A DNA stretch of 64,000 nucleotides from assembly GCF_009914755.1 (NCBI RefSeq), contig NC_060938.1; one strand, 5' to 3'. The stretch comes from the human T2T-CHM13v2.0 reference genome, Homo sapiens. Shown piece after piece: positions 55,791-64,000 of this stretch. The position numbers and the translations under genes are program-made. The stretch's first letter is position 1. Each line of letters begins with the position of its first letter. Below the pieces are notes generated by a model that had not been told where the DNA came from, made no database searches, and saw nothing but the letters and a program-made list of their open reading frames with translations.

Positions 55791-58774
55791 ATAATTGATC
55801 ACTAATTAAATACCTCCCTCCCACTCGGACAGTTCCAGCAGCCTCCTCATCTATGAAGGGCAACTTCAAACCCATGGTACAAATTTGCCACATTTTATCA
55901 TATTCAGTACTTAGTTGTTTAGACCTCTATGTATCCTGGGAATGACTTCCATCCTTATTAAAAGAGGATTTGTTTAATGAAGAACTTGTTACTATCATAA
56001 TAAATTGTGCTATTTGTTTTGAAGATCTGTCATCAGATACGTCACTGTTAGAATAAAGACTCTTAAAAATGAAAACATTTATATCAAATTAACAATGTGT
56101 GATGGAGAAACATGCCACTAACAAACACAAAATGAACTGTTTTGCTCTCTTTAATAGATCTGAACTTTTTCAATGTGTCAAATAACTACTATTCTTTAAG
56201 ATTCAAAGGTTATTGAATTGAGTTTGTGATTTAAACAAAATGTATTGTTAAATCAGATAAGTATTGTAAAAACCAATTGTGTATATAGAAAATGACCCTA
56301 CAGTATAATTGTCTAGTAATACAAGGGTCATCATTTGGATAACACTATTGAAATGACCATTAAAAATAAAATATATTCTTGTTAGTACGTTTCAATACAA
56401 TTTGTTCTGCATTTCCATCTTAACAACCACAAAAATTTACATCAATTTTTCTGTGCTAGAGTCCTTTAAAAAGCAAATTGTTTTTGAGACTAGTACTTTT
56501 CCAGTTCATTGGAAACTAAGGCTATGAACTGAAGACAATTATAATATAACTCTTAATTCTCCGGGCCTGGATGACTGACAGGTCCCAAGTGCTTTCATCT
56601 AGAGATGATATTCTCCGGGTGGCAGAACGTGGGTCCAGGGTAGATTTCACAGACCGTTAGGTTGATGGCTCTGCAATTGCTTCCTGGTCTGTCACTTGTC
56701 TGCCTGTTGATGGTCTCCGATGGGCTCTACTGGTCCCCTTAGGTATAATTTTGTCTTGACATCTTTTTGATCCTGAGGTAATGGAGCATTTTATCAATTT
56801 TAGTGAGTAGGTCTTGACCAGATTTTTTTTTCCCAGAAGATCAACATTCTCAGCTGTTTGGTCAGGGAGAGCAGGAAAGAGGTAGACAGAAGCCCTCTTT
56901 GCCTCTCTCCTGTATGCTTGTTGTGTGAACTTTCATAATGCATTCCAGATGGCAGCATCCCTATATTCATCCAAAAGAGAAAGTTTTAAGTAACACAGCA
57001 ATGCCCAGTTAACTCTAATTAGAGTAAAAGGACCCTCATCAGAGGTCTGTTGGCAGGGGATTTGAATGTTGAGTTTCTGTAACATTACCTATATTGTAGT
57101 AGTGTGATTTTGGCCATTTCTGGATTTCTTAATGAGCTTTAATATAAATCATCAAACCAGCAGGATGTATCTATCCAGCAATTTCCAGGATAAAAGGAGA
57201 ATAGAATGGTAGGCTCTAGAAAATTCTGTAATCTTCATATTGAATGTTTGAAGAGATGTTACTTTGCTGACATTAGGTTCATCAGAGAAAGGAGGAAGGT
57301 GATGAATGATTCTTTTTTTCAAATTAAACACAATTATTAGAATGTTATATTCTAATAATAAAATTGAACCAGATTTGTTCCTGGATCCTCATTAGCATTA
57401 ATGGAATTAAATTGATTTTGATATGACTTAGAAGAAGTGGAGAAGAGCATCTATTAAAAATAAAAATGTTATTTACCCAAAATTACTAGTTATAAGACTC
57501 AGGTTAAGAAATTATGGTCTTTGAGATGAGATATTTCTTTAAAATCTTATACATAATAAATCTAAAGCTCTACAGTTCAATTAATACCATTTTATTAATC
57601 TTGTGTCACTTTTGCAAATATACATTTTCTACAGAAGCAACAATGCCAACGATGTGTAATTGATGTTTTGAGAGAGTTCTGATTGCATAGTGTTTGATTT
57701 TCTTTTACAGATGTTTTAAAGACATAATAAATGTGATTTGATGTCAAGTGTTTCAAATTTTAAAATAATCACATGCTAATTCAATATGCACTTATTGAGT
57801 GCCTACTTGCACTCAACAAATATGATGTTTGGGACTGGGACTACAGAGGCGAATAAAATCGTGGCCCTCGTGGGGCAGATCATCCCATGGAAATAAATCA
57901 TGTAATCATGTTCTCAGTTTTGTCTTCACAGCTATGGTTACCATGACATCTCTAAGTTTTCTTTTCTCTGGCTGTTCGCTCTTCTGGCTGCTAGAAAATT
58001 CGAATTAGTAGTTCATCACCAGCTTCTGTTAAGGGCTATATAACTGATTTTATTATTCTTACCAACTGTTTTTGCTTCATTTTTTGTCCTCATTTCCTCA
58101 TTTATTTAAATCTATTTTTCTCATAAGCTGCATGTATTTTATTTAAAAATGAGTTGTGGTATCAGTAAATGGGGAAAAAATAAACACATTATTTTTCTCT
58201 CCCAATGAGCATTAATAAAGCTGAATGTGTGTTGTTTTTAATAAATATATGTTGAATGATTGGTTAATTACAAACCCACAACCCAATGTTTTTCACTGAG
58301 TATTAGGTTTCATTATTGTTGCTGTCTTGCTTTGTAGGATCAGGAAAGATCTAAGACTTTCTTTGGGAAAGAAGTGTCCTGCTACTCACATTTCCATAGC
58401 TGGGGCTTTTTAAATAAGAGCTAGAATGGCATTAAGGAACGGTGCCTAAGAGAACATAGGGAAGAAAATTGTGGAAAGATAATTTTAGGACCCACGGTGT
58501 TTGTTAGAATAAATAACATTGGATTGGGGCCAGATCATGAAGGATCTTACATAACATATCTATTTACATTTTATTTCAAAAATACTTATTGTCTGTGCCT
58601 TTCTTGTAGAGCTCTGTCATAAAGATGGAATGTAGTACATTCTGATGCTCAGAACTTTTCCCACACAGTCTGTTGTGGTTTCTTACCATGACTGACTATC
58701 TATTAGCAAGTGGAAACATAGTGAGAGGTTGAGATAAGACATTAAGTAAAGACTTGAATACTTTTATTACATTA

Positions 58775-58825
58775 CATTATTAAGACCACCTTGAGTGTTA
58801 TTCAATTAAGGTGGTCTTAATAATG
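58775..58825. repeat. Inverted repeat, perfect 18-bp arms with a 15-bp spacer
   Basis: cattattaagaccacctt (58775-58792) / aaggtggtcttaataatg (58808-58825). Confidence 0.9.
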
Positions 58826-59909
58826 ATATGACAAGCAGCATTTGTGAATATTTACTCTGAATGTAACAAGATGAATGACGTGCACCTCCTCTGTTTCAGC
58901 ATCATCAATCTCTCCATTAGTCATGGTCTTGATAACTCCTATTATCTGTACCTTTGTTGGATGAATGAACGAAGGCACTGGGCTTTATTACACAACAGAC
59001 TCATGGACTGATATGTCAGTGGGTGTTCTGACTGATGTATCCATGTATACTATTTGCCTCCTCACAAGTTTGACTCTCTGCTGCTTTCAAGGGCTTATAG
59101 CATGTAATCCTGACGGAGAACCCACATTCAAATTATGAACAACAATTGAATAGAAGAGATAGGAATATCGCTGTCAAACGCTTACCTAATTATTTTTCTA
59201 GAAGAGTTACAAAGAAATACAAAGAGTATTGACAAAGTGTACATAACATTAACTAGGCACCAGAAACATTTTTAAGAATGTAAGTAGAATACATCATTAT
59301 TAATATTTAAATCTTATGAGAACTCTTTGAAGTTGGCAGTTATTATCAACATCATCTCTATTCTACAGAAGAGAAAAAACAACGTAAAAGTTTAAATTTA
59401 TTGCCTAAGAGGACATAAAAGAGGACATTAAGTGAATATTTTGGGGGATATTTTTGATAGAATAAATAAAATTGGATTGGGGCCAAATCATGAAGGATCT
59501 TACATAACGGATCAATCCACATTTCATTTCAAAAATATTTATTGTCTTAGGTACTGAGGAATATAGCAGTGAAATGAGATATTATAAACACAATTTTCTT
59601 CAACTCCTTATTTTACTGATTTGAGTTTCAGAGGACTGAGGCCACATGAAAATCTTGCAGTTAGTAGAAAAAAGTAATTTCTACATTTGTTTATATCATT
59701 ATCAGTTCAGTTATCTCACCTCAATGTCACTCTGCCTTTTTTATATTACTTTAACTTTTTTTATATCTGGAATTAAACATTTTACTCTGTCTTTATAAAA
59801 TGTCCTTCCTTTTCTTGAGGTCAGTTGTACAGAATTACAATCTCTTAGGTGGACGGTGAATGCTTATGGAGTAAATTAATGAAAGTTAATGAAAGTTAAA
59901 GGCAGATTT

Positions 59910-60295
59910 AGCCTTAGGGATTTTGCACTTACTTCTCTCTTACCCTGAGACTCAATTCTGCCAGATATTTTCTTGGCAAATTTTCTTATATACATTTTTT
60001 TAAATTCCTGTTCTGACCATCTTACTGAATAATGTCACCTCTCCCTCCTTGACTTGTCCACCCCTCTTGATATTCTTTACTCTGCTCTACTTTCTCTTCT
60101 ATCATTAATAATTATCCACTTATAACAAAATAATTTACTTATATATAATTTTTAATATTTTTATCTGTAATGCCTCCTTAAGAAAGTCAGTAACATAAAG
60201 ATAAGAAACTTAATTTTGTTTGCTCCTGTATCCAAAATGCCTAGATCATGGCAGGCACTCAACATGTATTTATTGGATATATGAATAAATGAATA
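59910..60295 (+). mobile_element. L2 3' end
   Basis: ccttagggattttgcacttac...tgcctagatcatggcaggcactcaacatgtatttattgg...gaataaatgaat. Confidence 0.7.
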
Positions 60296-61321
60296 AGCAG
60301 AAAGTAAATGTCAGTGGAAAAAAGAAATTGGCTTCTCCTACTTTTGTTTTGTTAGTTGTAATCTCTTACAACTCTGTTTCAGGTCAAAAAAAGTCAAAAG
60401 AGGATAAATTTAAAACAAACAAACATGGTAATTGCTTGTGAAAGTCTCTTCAAATTTGGCATCTAGATCTGAATATAGACATCATAGAATGAAAATATTC
60501 ATTGTAACTCATGTTGCTATGGGCAATAGTTTAAGAGTTGTAATGCAAGAGACATGTAAGTTAATTAGCTTGTATTATTTCTGAAATTTGTTGGTAAACA
60601 TTGTAAATGTACAACGACCAGGATTTTCAGTCAGGAGTTTATTCAGGGATCTTTAAAGATCGAGGTTTGCAATTGTCAAGAGATATTTGGTTTATTAATA
60701 GGATGTACACACAATCCTCCAGAAGTGCCCACTCCCAATGGGAAACATTTGAGCTGAGATTCAGGATAAAATCTCAGCCCGTCATTAGGTAGGTTGCAAT
60801 CCTATTAATGTCCAGAAACTATTTTGTTTCCTGCTCTCAAAAGATAAGAAGTGACAGATTGCAAGTGTACTATAGAATGCATCCAACCCAAGAATTCATT
60901 TTCGGCCCAAAGCATTTCCAATGGGCTTGGCATTTCTTTATCAGAAAGAAAACGTCAAGAACATAATATTGTCTTCATACATTTTCTATTTAAAATGTAC
61001 ACAACTATTTTAAAAAGGGATGAGGAAGTAAGTTGACTAAATTATAAAATCCCATGAATATTTCCATAGTGAAATGAGTGTAATTACCAGCACCTCAAGG
61101 ATAGATTTCTATGCATTTTAACAAATATTTACAGTGACAAATTATATTAACTTATTCAGATATTGACCATTATGATTACAGAGTCTAATCACATAACCTG
61201 AATATGTCTGGTTTGGGTTTTTACTTTTGGTTTTGATACACTATACTACTTTGAAGGCTTTCACTTGTCAATTCACTGTAAGAGGAAATAACAGGGCAAT
61301 ATATACAAATTTAATATGCAA

Positions 61322-64000
61322 TTTTTTTTATTATAGTTTAAGTTCTGGGATACTTGTGCAGAACGTGCAGGTTGGTTACATAGGTATACATGTTCCATGG
61401 TCGTTTGCTGCACCCATAAACTCGTAATCTACATTAGGTATTTCTCCTAGTATCCCTCCCCTTGCCCCCCACCCCTTGACAGGCCTCAGTGTGTGATGTT
61501 CCTCTCCCTGTGCCCATATGTGCTCATTGTTCAAGTCCCACTTATAAGTGAGAATATGTGTTGTTTGGTTTTCTATTCCTGTGTTAGTTTGCTGAGAATG
61601 ATGGTTTCCAGCTTCATCCATGTCCCTGCAAAGGACATGAAGTCATTCTTTTTTATGTCTGCACAGTATTTATTCTATGGTGTATATATGTGCCACATTT
61701 TCTTTATCTAGTCTAACATTGATGGGCATTTGGGTTGGTTCCAAGTCTTTGCTATTGTGAATAGTGCGGCAATAAACATACGTATGCATATGTCTTTATC
61801 GTAGAATAATTATAATCCTTTGATTATGTGCCCAGTAATGTGATTACTGGGTCAAATCGTATTTCTGGTTCTAGATCCTTGAGGAATCGCCACACTGTCT
61901 TCCACAATGCTTGAACTAATTTACAGTTCTGCCAACAGTGTAAAAGTGTTTCTATTTCTCCACATCCTCTCCAGCATCTGTTGCTTCCTGACTTTTTAAT
62001 GATTGCCATTCTAACTGGCATGAGACATTATCTTATTGTAATTTTGATTTGCATTTCTCTAATGACCACTGACGATGAGCTTTTTTTTGTATGTTTGTTG
62101 GCCACATAAATGTCTTCTTTTGAAAAGTGTCTGTTTATACCCTTTGCTCACTTTTTTATGGGTTTTTTTTTCTTGTAAATTTGTTTAAGTTCCTTGTAGA
62201 TTCTGGATATTAGCCCTTTGTCAGATGGAGAGATAGCAAAAATTTTCTCCCATTCTGTTACTTGCCTGTTCACTCTGATGATAATTTCTTTCACTGTGCA
62301 AAAGCTCTTTAGTTTAATTAGATCCCATTTGTCAATTTTGGCTTTTGTTACCATTGTTTTTGGTGTTTTAGTCATGAAGTCTTTGCCAATGCTTATGACC
62401 TGAACAGTACTTCCTAGGTTTTTTTCTAGGGTTTTTGTGGTTTTAGGTCTTACATTTAAATCTTTAGTTGATCCTGAGTTAATTTTTGTATAAAGTGTAA
62501 GGAAAGGGTCCAGTTTCAGTTCTCTGCATATGGCTAGCCAGTTTTCTCAACTCCATTTATTAAATAAGGACTTCTTTCCCCATTGCTTGTTTTTGTCAGG
62601 TGTATCAAGGATTAGATGGTTGTAGATATGTGCTGTTATTTCTGAGGCGTCTGTTCTGTTCCTTTTGTCTGCATATCTGTTTTGGTACCAGCACCACGCT
62701 GTTTTGGTTACTGTAGCCTTGTAGTATAGTTTCAAGTCAGGTAGCATGATGCCTCCAGTTTTGTTCTATTTGCTTAGGATTGTCTTGGCTATATGGGCTC
62801 TTTTTGGATTCCATATGAAATTTAGAGTAGCTTTTTCTAACTATGTGAAGAAAGTCAATGGTAGCTTGATGGGAATAGCATTGAATCTATGAATTATTTT
62901 GGGCAGCATGGCCATTCTCATGATATCGATTCTTCCTATCCATGAGCATGGAATATTTTTCCATTTGTTTGTGTCTTCTCTTATATCGTTGGGCAGTGGT
63001 TTATAGTTCTCCTTGAAGAGGTCCTTCACATCCCTCATAAGCTATATTCCTAGGTAGTTTATTCTCTTTGTAGCAATTGTGAATAGGAGTTTGCTTATGA
63101 TTTGGCTGTTTGTCTATTATTGGCGTATAAGAATGCTTGTGATTTTTGCACATTGATTTTGTATCATGAGACTTTGCTGAAGTTGCTTACCATCTTAAGG
63201 TGATTTGGGGCTGAGACAATGGGGTTTCCTAAATATACAATCATGTCATCTGCAAACGGAGACAATTTGACTTCCTCTCTTCCTGTTTGAATATCCTTTC
63301 TTTCTTTCTCTTGCCTGATTGCCCTGGCCAGAACTTCCAATACTATGTTGAATAGGAGTGGTGAGAGAGGGCATCATTATCTTGTGTCAGTTTTCAAAGG
63401 GAATGCTTCCAGCTTTTGCCCATTCAGTATGATATTGGCTGTGGGTTTGTCAGAAACAGCTCTTATTATTTTGAGATATATTCCATCAATACCTAGTTTA
63501 TTGAGTGTTTTTAACATGAAGGGTGTTGAATTTTATCGAAGAACTTTCCTGCATCTATTGAGATAATCATGTAGTTTTTGTCATTGGTTCTGTTTATGTG
63601 ATGGATTACATTTATTGATTTGAGTATATTGAACCAGTCTTTCATCTCAGGGATGAAGCCGACTTGATTGTGATGGAAAAGCTTTTTAATGTGCTTCTGG
63701 ATTAGGTTTGTCAGTATTTTATTTAGGATTTTCTTATTGGTGTTCATCAGGGATGTTGGCCTGAAATTTTCTTTTTTTTGTTGTGTCTCTGCCAGGTTTT
63801 GGTATCAAGATGATGCTGGCCTCATAAAATGAATGAGGCAGGAGTCCCTCCTTTTCAGTTGTTTGGAATAGTTTCAGAAGGAATGGTACCAGCTCATGTA
63901 CCTCTGGTAGAATTCAGCTGTTAATCCATCTGGTCCTGGGCTTTTTTTTGGTTGGTAGGCTATTAATTACTGCCTCAATTTCAGAACTTGTTATTGGTCT
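61322..64000 (-). mobile_element. L1PA7-like LINE-1, 3' part, continuing beyond the window; ORF2 frameshifted
   Basis: ORFs 61824..62021, 62148..62375 ([16 protein letters not shown]), 62547..62747, 62841..63038 and 63511..63747 are ORF2p pieces; 3'UTR gggatacttgtgcagaacgtgcagg. Confidence 0.93.

Noticed and set aside
56743-56777. Possible 35-nt plus-strand exon (ccccttag|...GAG|gtaatg)
   Set aside because: Short pyrimidine tract and weak donor; such matches are common by chance.
61322-64000. Potentially active LINE-1
   Set aside because: ORF2 is broken into many short frames and the 3'UTR is of an older L1PA type, not L1HS.

Overview
AT-rich, repeat-dense primate genomic DNA, almost certainly human because it carries an AluYa5 with all five diagnostic bases at 12184-12490. 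It looks intergenic or deep-intronic. I can support no host protein-coding gene, RNA gene or CpG island. The ORFs I can recognise are decayed L1 ORF2 pieces, one Tigger4 transposase fragment and antisense Alu read-throughs; the rest look like chance ORFs. Much of the window is Alu, L1 (L1PA7, L1PA15/16, L1MA, L1MB, L1ME), L2, MIR, LTR (THE1, MST/MLT1, MER34/39, ERVL) and DNA-transposon (Tigger4, MER8, MER2, MER5) sequence. Subfamily names were assigned by eye from remembered consensus sequences, and the boundaries of old repeats are approximate. I found no convincing new gene system. The most interesting signals are structural: (1) a perfect 61+2+61 bp palindrome made from an old MLT1 LTR end, next to palindromic AT filler (17261-17384); (2) a multi-switch templated insertion at about 7150-8185 that copies one local segment directly and another in inverted orientation, beside a 32-bp hairpin-unit minisatellite; (3) a deeply nested transposon stack in a Tigger4; (4) further local duplications and hairpins; (5) two repeat-free islands (about 3.3-4.5 kb and 56.5-56.9 kb) holding candidate exons or enhancer motifs.
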